DNA of 63,645 nucleotides, counting the filler, from Octopus bimaculoides (taxonomy: Eukaryota): the NCBI RefSeq assembly GCF_001194135.2. It is 7 parts of 7 records of this genome, joined end to end, with 100 filler letters (N's around TTAATTAATTAA, not from the genome) between each part and the next. Parts side by side here need not be neighbours in the genome. Positions count along the whole stretch, not along the records: positions 9,690 to 17,920 come from NC_068991.1; positions 18,021 to 24,524 come from NW_026321690.1; positions 24,625 to 49,842 come from NC_068989.1; 4 more parts are not named here. One strand, 5' to 3'. The notes under the pieces are model-generated. The model saw only the letters and a program-made list of their open reading frames with translations, was not told the origin of the DNA and ran no database searches. This document shows, in pieces, positions 13,366 to 26,079 of this stretch. The translations under genes were made by a program, and so were the position numbers. Positions within the stretch are counted from its first letter, which is position 1. Every line of letters starts with the position of its first letter.

Positions 13366-13967
13366 ATACACACACACACACATACACTCACACACACACA
13401 CATACACACACACACATAATGTGTGTTTGTATATAACACCTACAATATGTGTGTATGTGTATGGATGTGAGTGTGCGTGTGTGTATAAATACGTTTGTGT
13501 GTACTGACAGATATGTTTACGATAATGAATAAATATTGAATTATGAAACCTTGAAAATACTTATAAATTCAAACTAAGTTTTTTTTTCTTCTTCTATGCC
13601 CCTCCCGTCTTTTCTCTTATTAACACCCCTGTATGTGTGTCTGAACATATCTGTCTGTAGACACAATTTCGTCCACCAGCTCACAAACGCATAGAACTTA
13701 CATAGTACTTAGAAATGTATATATAGACACAGAGGTACAACAGTGTTTATTTCTGCTAGCTTGTTCGTCAGGTGTTTATAATTGGTTCGTGTATATGTGT
13801 GGGTAAACTATGTATATGTATATGTGTATAAGTGTGTGTTTGATGGGGATTGGGGAATTACGTGTAAATGTATAGAGTGTGTATATGATTGCCATATGCA
13901 CACGTATATAGTACTATGTGTGTTTGAACCATGTATGTCTTGTAAATGTGTGTCTGTATGAAGGAAT

Positions 13968-14568
13968 GTGGAGGCGCAATGGCCCAGTGGTTAGGGCAGC
14001 GGACTCGCGGTCATAGGATCGCGGTTTCGATTCCCAGACCGGGCGTTGTGAGTGTTTATTGAACGAAAACACCTAAAGCTCCACGAGACTACGGCAGGGG
14101 ATGGTGGCGAACCCTGCTGTACTCTTTCACCACAACTATCTCTCACTCTTACTTCCTGTTTCTGTTGTGCCTGTAATTCAAAGGGGTCAGCCTTGTCACA
14201 CTGTGTCACGCTGAATATCCCCGAGAACTACGTTAAGGGTNNNNNNNNNNCGGGCGTTGTGAGTGTTTATTGAACGAAAACACCTAAAGCTCCACGAGAC
14301 TACGGCAGGGGATGGTGGCGAACCCTGCTGTACTCTTTCACCACAACTATCTCTCACTCTTACTTCCTGTTTCTGTTGTGCCTGTAATTCAAAGGGGTCA
14401 GCCTTGTCACACTGTGTCACGCTGAATATCCCCGAGAACTACGTTAAGGGTACACGTGTCTGTGGAGTGCTCAGCCAGTTGCACGTTAATTTCACGAGCA
14501 GGCTGTTCCGTTGATCCGATCAATTGGAACCCTCGTCGTCGTAAGCGACGGAGTGCCAAATGAAAGGA
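13968..14568 (+). mobile_element. SINE family S1 (tRNA-Arg-like head), full-length, with artefactual internal duplication
   Basis: GTGGAGGCGCAATGGCCCAGTGGTTAGG...GGTTTCGATTCCC head; tail GACGGAGTGCC; TSD TATGAAGGAAT (13957-13967 / 14569-14579); 14040-14240 is repeated at 14251-14451 across a 10-N gap. Confidence 0.95.
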
Positions 14569-15414
14569 TATGAAGGAATGTAATTGCATGTACGGAGAGC
14601 TGTGTGTATGTATGAAGGAAGTAGCGTATATATGTGTGTGAATGTACAACTGTATCTGTATGTGAACAGGTGTGTGTTTAAGAGCTATAGATGTGATTGT
14701 AAAATTGTGTGTGTATGTATAGTTGTGTGTATGTAAGTATAGTCCTGTATGTGTGTATGTATAGTTGTGTGTGCTTGTATAGATGTGAGTGCTTGTATAG
14801 TTACTTGTGTGTGTGGTATGTGCGTGTACAGTTGTGTGCGTGCGTGTATAATTGTGTGTGTGTGTGTGTTTGCGTATGGCGGTGTTTTTTGTGTGTGTAT
14901 GAGTGCACAGCCATATATGCTAGTGTGTGTACGTGTACAAGTTTATGTGTACGAGTGTACAGCTTTATGTGTGGTACGGATGTATGTGTGGAGGAGAATA
15001 TAGTTGTTTGCGTGTGTGTGAACCTGTGTAAAAGCTTAGGTAAATGAATGTGTGTGTGTGTGTGTATGAGCGTCTGTATCTGTGTGCGTTTGTTAACGAG
15101 ACAAGGTGTGCACGAGCGCAAGTGTGGGTGTGTGCGTGCGAACAGGTGAGGGTGGATGCGTGAGTGCGTGTATAAAATTGTCGTATTAAATAAGAGGTCA
15201 CTAAACTCTGTAATTATCAGAAAGTTTGGACAGATTAAAGAACTAAACAAACATGTTGGTTTATGGTTGCTAGTTTAGCAAGCTGGAATGACATAAATAT
15301 TGGTTTCACAGCATTGTCAAGTAAATAAACTAATTAATAAACGAATCAGTGAATTAATTAATCACAGAATGCAAACGATTCTGTTATTTTTCTATGCTAC
15401 TTCCTCTAGTATGT

Positions 15415-15463
<49 letters not shown>

Positions 15464-15609
15464 CTCCCGCTCTGTCTATCTGCCTGTCTGTCTGTCTGTC
15501 TGTCTCTGTTTCTATCTCTCTACTCTTTCCGTTATATTTCCTTCCTATGTTTTCTATTGTTTCTTCACATATGCCAAGTTCTTCCTATCATCGACTCTGT
15601 CAGCGTGTG

Positions 15610-15670
<61 letters not shown>

Positions 15671-15989
15671 TCCGTTTTCTGTTTCTCTCTCTCTCTCTTT
15701 CTCTAGTTTTGTCTGTCCCTTTCTCTCCTTCCAACACACATGCAAAGACATTTCGATGTATTTAGGTGGGCAATTATGCCAATAATAAACATACACAGTG
15801 ACTATTTCACTTCTTTGATTATTAGAAGTCAATTAGTTAACCATTTAACCTACTAACTAATCGATTGTTTTGATTAATCGTTCGGTCAAACTAATCGGCA
15901 ATCACATGACAGACCTAAACATTTATTTTACGGAAAGATTAATTAAACAATCCAATATTTAATTGGTTAAGTAATTACCTAATAATGCT

Positions 15990-16195
15990 TTCTACTATAA
16001 ATACAAGCCCTTCAGTTTTGAGAGGGAGCCAGTCGATTACATCGGCCCCATTACTAAACTGGTGCTTGTCTAGTTAATCGATGCTAAAATTATAAAAGAC
16101 AAAGTTGATTTCAGTAGAATTTGAACTCAGAACGTAAAGACGGACAAAGTGCCGCTAAGCATTTCGTCCGGCGAGCTGATGATTCTGCTCGCTCA
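15990..16195 (-). mobile_element. SINE family S4 monomer
   Basis: Reverse complement has A/B boxes and the S4 central and terminal blocks. Confidence 0.8.
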
Positions 16196-17578
16196 TCACA
16201 TTCAGTTGACTACTAAGTTGAAGTGAAGTAGAACCGATGCATGTTGGCATAATGACCTTCCCGAGATAACAACCAGATCTGTTTCAACACGCACGAACGA
16301 TGTCATAAATAACAATAATCATAAGGGCTTAAATAGGGGTCTGTTTAAGAAGATTAATTAAAACCTATCAATAAAATTATTTAAATATTTAAATATATTG
16401 CCCGCAAAACCGTTAGTAGGTATTTAATATAGAGGTGAAGAACTAAAGAACAGCTTGGAATAATCTAAATTAGAGACATACTAAAGCGAAACCGGGTAGA
16501 AGTAAATATATATNNNNNNNNNNNNNNNNNNNNNNNNNNNNNNNNNNNNNNNNNNNNNNNNNNNNNNNNNNNNNNNNNNNNNNNNNNNNNNNNNNNNNNN
16601 NNNNNNNNNNNNNNNNNNNNNNNNNNNNNNNNNNNNNNNNNNNNNNNNNNNNNNNNNNNNNNNNNNNNNNNNNNNNNNNNNNNNNNNNNNNNNNNNNNNN
16701 NNNNNNNNNNNNNNNNNNNNNNNNNNNNNNNNNNNNNNNNNNNNNNNNNNNNNNNNNNNNNNNNNNNNNNNNNNNNNNNNNNNNNNNNNNNNNNNNNNNN
16801 NNNNNNNNNNNNNNNNNNNNNNNNNNNNNNNNNNNNNNNNNNNNNNNNNNNNNNNNNNNNNNNNNNNNNNNNNNNNNNNNNNNNNNNNNNNNNNNNNNNN
16901 NNNNNNNNNNNNNNNNNNNNNNNNNNNNNNNNNNNNNNNNNNNNNNNNNNNNNNNNNNNNNNNNNNNNNNNNNNNNNNNNNNNNNNNNNNNNNNNNNNNN
17001 NNNNNNNNNNNNNNNNNNNNNNNNNNNNNNNNNNNNNNNNNNNNNNNNNNNNNNNNNNNNNNNNNNNNNNNNNNNNNNNNNNNNNNNNNNNNNNNNNNNN
17101 NNNNNNNTATATATATATATATATATATATTCCAGTGAATTAGAAAATAGCTTCCGGTTTGGTTCATATAGTACAATTAATATCGAGGTGAAGGGGTAGT
17201 GAACAACTAGGAACAATTAGTGACATACAACAATGAAACCTGGTAAAGGTAAACATATATTTTACGGTGAATTAGAAAGTAGATTAAAGGTGTGGTTCTT
17301 GTAGTACAATACAATATTAAAGCAAATAAAAATTATTATTAGCATAAATGAATACCTGGAACGAAATCCACCCTAATTAAATATTAATAATAATTATACA
17401 TACCTGAATAAAACATCACATACTAATTTTGTATTACTTTAATATGGATGGACATAATATCGTAAGGTTTATATCATGTTTTATTCTATGTTCTTTATGC
17501 ATAAATTTTATGAATTAACGGTTTGCAGCCGTATACTCAACATGCAGGAATTGAACACCTATTCTGTATATCTTATAC

Positions 17579-17666
17579 TATCTCTGACGAGAATCGACTT
17601 TCAAATGATTTTTCATTTTATTAATTAATTTTCTGAAGGTCTAGAATTGAAACAGCTGTAAGAGAT
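17579..17666 (+). ncRNA. Degenerate type I hammerhead ribozyme (Penelope-like), long stem II
   Basis: TCT-CTGACGA (17584-17590); ~12-bp imperfect stem II (GAATCGACTTTCA / TGAAGGTCTAGAATT); GAAAC (17649); palindromic stem III ACAGCTGT; GTA site; then AGA pairing with TCT. Confidence 0.55.
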
Positions 17667-17704
17667 GTTGGTCAATTTTCTAATTGATAAATAATCATTC
17701 ATTA

Positions 17705-17749
<45 letters not shown>

Positions 17750-17754
17750 GTGTA

Positions 17755-17920
17755 TTATCTTTTACTTGTTTCTGTCATTAGCTTGCGGTCATAATGGGGC
17801 ATTACCTTGAATTTTTAGTCTTCTACTATAGCCTCGGGTCGATCAAAGCCTTGTGAGTGGATTTGGTAAACGGAAACTGAATGAATCTCGTCGTATATAT
17901 ATATATATATATATATATAT
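17755..17920. mobile_element. Two abutting S3 fragments in opposite orientation (minus 3' tail, plus 5' module running into (TA)n and a gap)
   Basis: TCTTTTACTTGTTTCTGTCATT is the reverse-complemented tail; CTTCTACTATAGCCTCGGG...TCGTCG(TA)n is the sense 5' module. Confidence 0.8.
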
Positions 17921-18104
17921 NNNNNNNNNNNNNNNNNNNNNNNNNNNNNNNNNNNNNNNNNNNNTTAATTAATTAANNNNNNNNNNNNNNNNNNNNNNNN
18001 NNNNNNNNNNNNNNNNNNNNAAGAAAAATTCGCCGCCCACCACCACTACTACCACCGCCACAACCACCACCAGCGCCAGCAGCAGTACCACCACTATTAC
18101 CACC

Positions 18105-18136
<32 letters not shown>

Positions 18137-18491
18137 ATATTCCACTGCTGCTGTCTCTGCTGGTGTTGATGACGATGATGATGATGATGTTGATGGTGGT
18201 GGCTGCAGCGGTGGCGCCTCACTGTGGCAGTGACGCCGTGTCTGCTACACTCCTACCAATGTATATATACATTCTCCATAGTCATCCACCCACCAACACC
18301 GACCAGCATCAACAGCAGCAAGAAGAAACAAAAACAAAAATAATAATAATAATAATGATAATGATAATAATAATAACAATAATAACAACAAGAACGCTGC
18401 GTGCCACAAATGTCTTCCTCTATGAACGCCATTTTGGTTACGCGTGCCGCCGGAAACTACCTTCTGCAAAGTGCCCGTGTACACTCCTACA

Positions 18492-18558
<67 letters not shown>

Positions 18559-18972
18559 NNNNNNNNNNNNNNNNNNNNNNNNNNNNNNNNNNNNNNNNNN
18601 NNNNNNNNNNNNNNNNNNNNNNNNNNNNNNNNNNNNNNNNNNNNNNNNNNNNNNNNNNNNNNNNNNNNNNNNNNNNNNNNNNNNNNNNNNNNNNNNNNNN
18701 NNNNNNNNNNNNNNNNNNNNNNNNNNNNNNNNNNNNNNNNNNNNNNNNNNNNNNNNNNNNNNNNNNNNNNNNNNNNNNNNNNNNNNNNNNNNNNNNNNNN
18801 NNNNNNNNNNNNNNNNNNNNNNNNNNNNNNNNNNNNNNNNNNNNNNNNNNNNNNNNNNNNNNNNNNNNNNNNNNNNNNNNNNNNNNNNNNNNNNNNNNNN
18901 NNNNNNNNNNNNNNNNNNNNNNNNNNNNNNNNNNNNNNNNNNNNNNNNNNNNNNNNNNNNNNNNNNNNNNNN

Positions 18973-19056
<84 letters not shown>

Positions 19057-19817
19057 TTTATATATATGCACGCATGTATAAGTGCATATACAGCTCTGTA
19101 AATATATTTTTCCATTCTTTAAATCTGCATGTGTGTGGATATATATGTATATACATTCATTGTATGTATGTATATATATATATATGTATTAATATATGTA
19201 TGTGTATATTGGTACTTTTTATGCATGTACATATCAATATATGTATGTGTGTTTGTATATATATATATTTAAGTGTGTATATAAATATATGCGCACACAA
19301 AATATATACATACAAAAATTGTGTTATATATATCTCTGTATATATCTACACACATACACATATATATATATACATACACGCGCGCACACACACGCAATTT
19401 GTATGGGTGTGTGTGTAATTATATTCTAACGCACTGAAACAATTAAGACTGCGCAATACAATCTGATGTATATATAGATAAAGTGTGTAGAATCTAATGT
19501 ATGTATAAATGTGTGTGTTGAAATTGGGAGCATCTGTTTTGAATACCAGTGATTACTCACACATACACGAAAGTACATAATTAGATGAACACATATGCAT
19601 ATATGTGCACACGAGAAGTATACATTCATAGATGTGTGTGTGTGTGTATATATATGTGTGTTGTTTTGGAAGAATAGTGTTCATTGTGAGTTCGATTTCA
19701 AACTTCGAAGTTTCTGTCAACATAAGAATAACATGTATTTTACAAATGGTTTACAGTGACCCGTCAGCTTAATGTAAAATTGTTCTTTTCTTTTTACTGT
19801 AACTGGACATAAAAACA

Positions 19818-20007
19818 AGCTTGTGGCTGTGTGGTAAGTCGCTTGCTTCCCAATCACATGGTCCCGGGTTCAGTCCCATTGCGTGCCACTTTGGGCAAGT
19901 GACTTTTACTATAGCCTCGAGCCAACCAAAGTCTTGTGAGTGGATTGTTTGGAAGACAGAAACTGAAAGAAGCCCGTCGTATATATATATATATATATAT
20001 ATATATA
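19818..20007 (+). mobile_element. SINE family S3, 5' module ending in (TA)n and a gap
   Basis: GCTTGTGGCTGTGTGGTAAG...GAAAGAAGCCCGTCG(TA)n. Confidence 0.9.
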
Positions 20008-20347
20008 NNNNNNNNNNNNNNNNNNNNNNNNNNNNNNNNNNNNNNNNNNNNNNNNNNNNNNNNNNNNNNNNNNNNNNNNNNNNNNNNNNNNNNNNNNNNN
20101 NNNNNNNNNNNNNNNNNNNNNNNNNNNNNNNNNNNNNNNNNNNNNNNNNNNNNNNNNNNNNNNNNNNNNNNNNNNNNNNNNNNNNNNNNNNNNNNNNNNN
20201 NNNNNNNNNNNNNNNNNNNNNNNNNNNNNNNNNNNNNNNNNNNNNNNNNNNNNNNNNNNNNNNNNNNNNNNNNNNNNNNNNNNNNNNNNNNNNNNNNNNN
20301 NNNNNNNNNNNNNNNNNNNNNNNNNNNNNNNNNNNNNNNNNNNNNNN

Positions 20348-20390
<43 letters not shown>

Positions 20391-20486
20391 ATATATAAAC
20401 AAGGAGAATGATCCCTAAGGAGTCTAATTTAGACTTTTTTGCGGTGAAATCTGCTATATTGGTAACGATTACATGGTTTTCTATGA

Positions 20487-20528
<42 letters not shown>

Positions 20529-20694
20529 GTATATATATGTATATGCCTTTAGTCATACATACGCACATAGACATACCCACTTACCGGTCTACATACATAC
20601 ATACTAACATATATGCATACATTCATATACACACACACCCACATATATATATATATATATATATATATANNNNNNNNNNATATATATATACGTA

Positions 20695-21087
20695 TATACA
20701 TGCATACATGCGTACATGCATACATACATACATACATACATACATACATACATACATAAGAAAGGAGAAAGCTAATTTGAAGTCTACAAATCCAAGCCAT
20801 CACTGGAACTGTAAAAATCTGTAAAACTTTCCAGAAGTTTATCATTTAAATATATATGAGCATGTCTAGATACGCAACTATATGCATGAAAATACAAACA
20901 TACATACATAGATATATACATACATACATACATACATACATACATACAAACAAATAATACACTGTTGATGTTGAAATTCCAATTAAAAAATCTTTAATCT
21001 AGGTTAGAATCCGGTTCTGTCTCTATTGGCAAGACGTCTTGAAATAAAGTGAATGACATACATACATGCATACATACATACATACAT
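20695..21087 (+). repeat. (TACA)n-delimited two-module repeat, copy 2
   Basis: Same two modules and spacer microsatellites as 4135-4445. Confidence 0.8.
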
Positions 21088-21220
21088 CAATCCGATGTAT
21101 AACGGGTGTGATTTAAGGTTTCCACCAGGCTGTTTCTATGCCTTGTTTATCTACTGAGAAATATCAAGTTTCTACACAAGGCCACCAATTTCGTTGTAAC
21201 GTATAAGTCGAGTAGGGAAT

Positions 21221-21568
21221 GTTATTGTTGGTTGTTGGCACTCCGTCGCTTACGACGTCGAGGGAACAGCCTGCTCGTGAAATTAACGTGCAAGTGGCTG
21301 AGCACTCCACAGACACGTGTACCCTTAACGTAGTTCTCAGGGAGATTCAGCGAGACACAGTGTGGCAAGGCTGACTCTTTGAATTACAGGCACAACAGAA
21401 ACAGGAAGTAAGAGTGAGAGAAAGTTGTGGTGAAAGAGTACAGCAGGGTTCACCAGGATCCGCTGCCGGAGCCTCGTGGGGCTTTTAGGTGTTTTCGCTC
21501 AATAAACACTCACAAAACTCGGTCTGGGAATTGAAACCGCGATCCTATGACCGCGAGTCCGCTGCCCT
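21221..21568 (-). mobile_element. SINE family S1 (head cut by gap)
   Basis: High identity to the reverse complement of 45539-45918. Confidence 0.93.
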
Positions 21569-22448
21569 NNNNNNNNNNNNNNNNNNNNNNNNNNNNNNNN
21601 NNNNNNNNNNNNNNNNNNNNNNNNNNNNNNNNNNNNNNNNNNNNNNNNNNNNNNNNNNNNNNNNNNNNNNNNNNNNNNNNNNNNNNNNNNNNNNNNNNNN
21701 NNNNNNNNNNNNNNNNNNNNNNNNNNNNNNNNNNNNNNNNNNNNNNNNNNNNNNNNNNNNNNNNNNNNNNNNNNNNNNNNNNNNNNNNNNNNNNNNNNNN
21801 NNNNNNNNNNNNNNNNNNNNNNNNNNNNNNNNNNNNNNNNNNNNNNNNNNNNNNNNNNNNNNNNNNNNNNNNNNNNNNNNNNNNNNNNNNNNNNNNNNNN
21901 NNNNNNNNNNNNNNNNNNNNNNNNNNNNNNNNNNNNNNNNNNNNNNNNNNNNNNNNNNNNNNNNNNNNNNNNNNNNNNNNNNNNNNNNNNNNNNNNNNNN
22001 NNNNNNNNNNNNNNNNNNNNNNNNNNNNNNNNNNNNNNNNNNNNNNNNNNNNNNNNNNNNNNNNNNNNNNNNNNNNNNNNNNNNNNNNNNNNNNNNNNNN
22101 NNNNNNNNNNNNNNNNNNNNNNNNNNNNNNNNNNNNNNNNNNNNNNNNNNNNNNNNNNNNNNNNNNNNNNNNNNNNNNNNNNNNNNNNNNNNNNNNNNNN
22201 NNNNNNNNNNNNNNNNNNNNNNNNNNNNNNNNNNNNNNNNNNNNNNNNNNNNNNNNNNNNNNNNNNNNNNNNNNNNNNNNNNNNNNNNNNNNNNNNNNNN
22301 NNNNNNNNNNNNNNNNNNNNNNNNNNNNNNNNNNNNNNNNNNNNNNNNNNNNNNNNNNNNNNNNNNNNNNNNNNNNNNNNNNNNNNNNNNNNNNNNNNNN
22401 NNNNNNNNNNNNNNNNNNNNNNNNNNNNNNNNNNNNNNNNNNNNNNNN

Positions 22449-22487
<39 letters not shown>

Positions 22488-23529
22488 GGATATATGTGTG
22501 TTTATATATATTTTTTATACCAAAGTTTAGGCAAAAGAATATAGTATCTGTTAACAAACTTAACAAAATACTCACAATTGAGTTTTTGTGTGTGTATATA
22601 TATATATGTATCGACTTTAAAGAGAGCTCAAAACTAATCCATTGAAATTACAGATTAAGAAACAAACTAGTATATTCGTATATATGCGACTTCAATTAAG
22701 TCTACGTCGCAAAAACTTACACACGCAGGCACACAAGCACAGGTACACACATACACACAAGCACAGGTAGACACATACACACACACTCACACACACACAT
22801 ACACACACACACACACACAAGCACAGGTACACACACACACTCAGAGGCGTATGTTTCTTCACATTCTCATACCAACATACGTGCACAGGTGCGCCGCCAT
22901 ACACATGTGCACCAAGCAATATTGTGTAACTAAGTTAGCTAGCAGTTGCGATACAATACATGACTTAAAAAAACATGTTTTGCCACAGTATCGAGGTAAT
23001 CATTACACAATAACCCTACATATACATGCATACAAACATACATACATACATACATACATGTATATATATATATATCTGTGTATATATCAATTGCTAATCC
23101 CTGTATATTTATGATGATAAATGGTTTTACCGATAAAGGTTTTTTCATACTGAACTACTTGGCAAAATTGTTAATAATTAATTCTATTATTAATTGACGA
23201 TTCCCTGCCCTTATTCTTGTATATTTTATATATCTGTGTGTGTAGAATGTTACAAGTATATTTAACACACCTCATCAGAGATGTTTACAGAAATTCCTCG
23301 CGGGTCATATTATTGCTGTTTGTGTTCTTAAAGTGTGCACTTATTTTACATGCATTTCGTCCATTACTTCTTTTTTTTTTCTTTCATCTGTCTTCCTTTC
23401 ACTCTTTTTCCTCCCACCTCTTCTTCCAATTTTTCTTCCTCTTCCTCTTTCTTCTTCCAATTCTTCCTCCTTCTTCTTCATCCTCTTCTTCCTCCACCTC
23501 CTCTTCCACGCTGCAATTGTTATATATAT

Positions 23530-23726
23530 AACGTCAGGTTAGAATAGAGACAGCTGATGAAGGAATATTCCAAGTGGCTTTCCGTTTTCTTATGTGTTCG
23601 TTCCGTTGTCTGTAATTCATTGTTCTAACGTCCTGTACCCTGATATGCATATATATACACATGTAGATGTAAGTATGTACATATGTGTGTATACATGTNN
23701 NNNNNNNNATGTATATATATTCTTTG

Positions 23727-23769
<43 letters not shown>

Positions 23770-23920
23770 AATGAGGAGTAGATACAGCCGACAACTGATG
23801 AACAGTCGTTCTTTGTTACTTGTCCTGTTTTCCATTTGTTTCTCTCGTTGTTTGCGTATTGAACCCATTTGTTTTCGTATTTCATGTTGTTTACTGTTAG
23901 TGACGTCCTGTACCCATTTA
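23530..23920 (+). repeat. Two tandem diverged copies of an unclassified repeat (also 4660-4800)
   Basis: Shared blocks TCGAAA.G.GGAGTAGAT, GACA.CTGATGAA and ACGTCCTGTACCC. Confidence 0.6.
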
Positions 23921-23964
23921 TATATTATTTATATTATTATTATCATTATATATATATATATATG

Positions 23965-24123
23965 CGTGACACCTTGGGCAAGTGTCTTCTACTATAGCCT
24001 CGGGCCGACCAAAGCCCTGNNNNNNNNNNCGTGACACCTTGGGCAAGTGTCTTCTACTATAGCCTCGGGCCGACCAAAGCCCTGTGAGTGGTTTTCGGAG
24101 ACAGAATCTGAAAGAAGCCCGTC

Positions 24124-24174
<51 letters not shown>

Positions 24175-24437
24175 TATGTATATATGTATGTATATATGTA
24201 TGTATGTATGTGTGTGTGTGTGTGTATGTTTGTGTGTCTGTGTTTGTTCCTCCAACACGCTTGACAACCGACGCTGGTGGTTTACGTCCCCCTAACTTAG
24301 CGGTTCGGCAAAAAGAGACCGATAGAATAAGTACTAGTCTTACAAGGAATAAGTCCTGGGGGTCGATTCACTCGACTAAAGGCGGTGCTCCAGCATGGCC
24401 ACTGTCAAATGACTGAAACAAGTAAAAGAGTAAAAGT
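23965..24437 (+). mobile_element. SINE family S3, head-truncated; 23965-24019 duplicated at 24030-24084 across a 10-N gap
   Basis: Alignment to 7009-7424; internal microsatellite about 24124-24230; (GTAAAAGA) tail. Confidence 0.92.
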
Positions 24438-24475
24438 ATATATGTATACATATATATATATATACATATATGAAC

Positions 24476-24524
24476 GAGGGGTGTGTTGAAAAGTTCCTGG
24501 CTTTAAGGGTGTCGCGAAAAGACC
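24476..24524 (+). mobile_element. mariner-type terminal inverted repeat fragment, cut by linker gap
   Basis: ACGAGGGGTGTGTTGAAAAGTTCCTGG resembles mariner TIRs (TACGAGGG...AAAAGT). Confidence 0.55.
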
Positions 24525-24624
24525 NNNNNNNNNNNNNNNNNNNNNNNNNNNNNNNNNNNNNNNNNNNNTTAATTAATTAANNNNNNNNNNNNNNNNNNNN
24601 NNNNNNNNNNNNNNNNNNNNNNNN

Positions 24625-24644
<20 letters not shown>

Positions 24645-24659
<15 letters not shown>

Positions 24660-24880
24660 GTTTGTATGTGTATATGTTTGTGAGTCTGTGTTTGTCCCCC
24701 CGACATAGCTTGACAAGCGATGCTGGTGTGTTTACGTCCCCATAACTTAGCGGTTCGGCAAAAGAAACCAACAGAATAAGTACTAGACTTACAAAGAATA
24801 AGTCCTGGAGTCGATTTGCTCGACTAAAGGCAGTGCTCCAGTATGGCTGCAATCAAATGACTGAAACATAAAAAAAAAGA
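24645..24880 (+). mobile_element. SINE family S3, 3' module
   Basis: (TA)n, then GTCTGTGTTTGTCCCCCC...AAATGACTGAAACA. Confidence 0.9.
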
Positions 24881-24918
24881 ATAAATATATACGTATGTAT
24901 ATATATATAATTATATAT

Positions 24919-24953
<35 letters not shown>

Positions 24954-24974
24954 CATATATAGTTCAAATTTACA

Positions 24975-25120
24975 AAAAAGAAACGACGAAGACAGATGAA
25001 GGAACAACAAGCAGGTGTATCAGTTTAACGCTCGAGAAGAATGGAAAAGTCTTTTACGTTTCGAGCCCACGCTCTTCGAGAGAAAAGATTAAGAGGGGAA
25101 AAACGGAGGCACATTAATGA
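24975..25120 (-). mobile_element. Penelope-like pseudo-LTR relic with degenerate hammerhead (25050-25089)
   Basis: Minus strand TCTTTT-CTCTCGA-A-GAGC GTGG GCTC-GAAAC-GTA-AAAGA; downstream TTCTCGAGCGTTAAACTGATACAC resembles the 3' flank of the 59.6-kb hammerhead. Confidence 0.55.
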
Positions 25121-25289
25121 GAATATATTCTCTTACGTCCATAAGCGCAACCTATGCGCGAACTAGTAAAACATACATTGTGTATGTGTTTTCGATATTT
25201 GTGAGTGTTTGCGTATGTGGGGGGGGGGGATGTTGTATTTTGGTTGTGAATGATTGCTTAAAAATACACAGCTCACTTCAGTTTCTTTC

Positions 25290-25440
25290 ATCACCCATGT
25301 ACCAAGTCCACTCACAAAACTTTGTTCGGCCCGAGGCTTTAGTAGGAAAAACTTACCCAAGGTACCACGCAGTGGAACTGAACCTAGAAGTGTATGGCTG
25401 GGAAACAAACTTGTTACCACACAAACACGCCCGAGCCTGT
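25290..25440 (-). mobile_element. SINE family S3, 5' module only
   Basis: Reverse complement of head and CORE-like block. Confidence 0.75.
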
Positions 25441-25598
25441 AATGCTACACCTGCGCCTAAACACAGTCACAACTTCACCTTGTATTCATGATGCATATTT
25501 TTTGTCATTGCACTTTTGGTTACACCAAGATTTTGTTCCTGTATTTGAAGTTTATTAGGAAACAGACAGACAGACAGACAGACAAACAGATAGGTAGG

Positions 25599-25637
<39 letters not shown>

Positions 25638-25698
25638 GACTGTGGGAAGTTTTGATTGTGAAGATCGGAGAGAAGCAACGAAATGCTTGAGAGCAAGT

Positions 25699-26079
25699 GT
25701 TTGTTGCACTCGGTCGCTTACGACGTCGAGGGTTCCAGTTGATCCGATCAACGGAACAGCCTGCTCATGAAATTAACGTGCAAGTGGCTGAGCACTCCAC
25801 AGACACGTGTACCCTTAACGTTGTTCTCGGGGATATTCAGCGTGACACAGTGTGACAAGGCTGGCCCTTTGAAATACAGGTACAACAGAAACAGGAAGTA
25901 AGAGAGAAAGTTGTGGTGAAAGAGTACAGCAGGGCTCGCCACCGTCCCCTGCCGGAGCCTCATGGAGCTTTAGGTGTTTTCGCTCAATAAACACTCACAA
26001 AGCCCGGTCTGGGAATCGAAACTGCGATCCTATGACCGCGAATCCGCTGCTCTAACCACTGGGCCATTGCGCCTCTACA
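25699..26079 (-). mobile_element. SINE family S1, full-length
   Basis: Head at 26079, tail at 25699; perfect 11-bp TSD TGAGAGCAAGT (25688-25698 / 26080-26090). Confidence 0.96.

Noticed and set aside
13968-14045. tRNA-Arg-like sequence, also at other S1/S2/S3 heads
   Set aside because: These are SINE heads with A/B boxes continuing into SINE bodies; no complete acceptor stem, so not tRNA genes.
14040-14451. 211-bp-period tandem duplication inside an S1 SINE (likewise 23965-24084)
   Set aside because: Exact copies either side of a 10-N gap; typical unmerged contig overlap.
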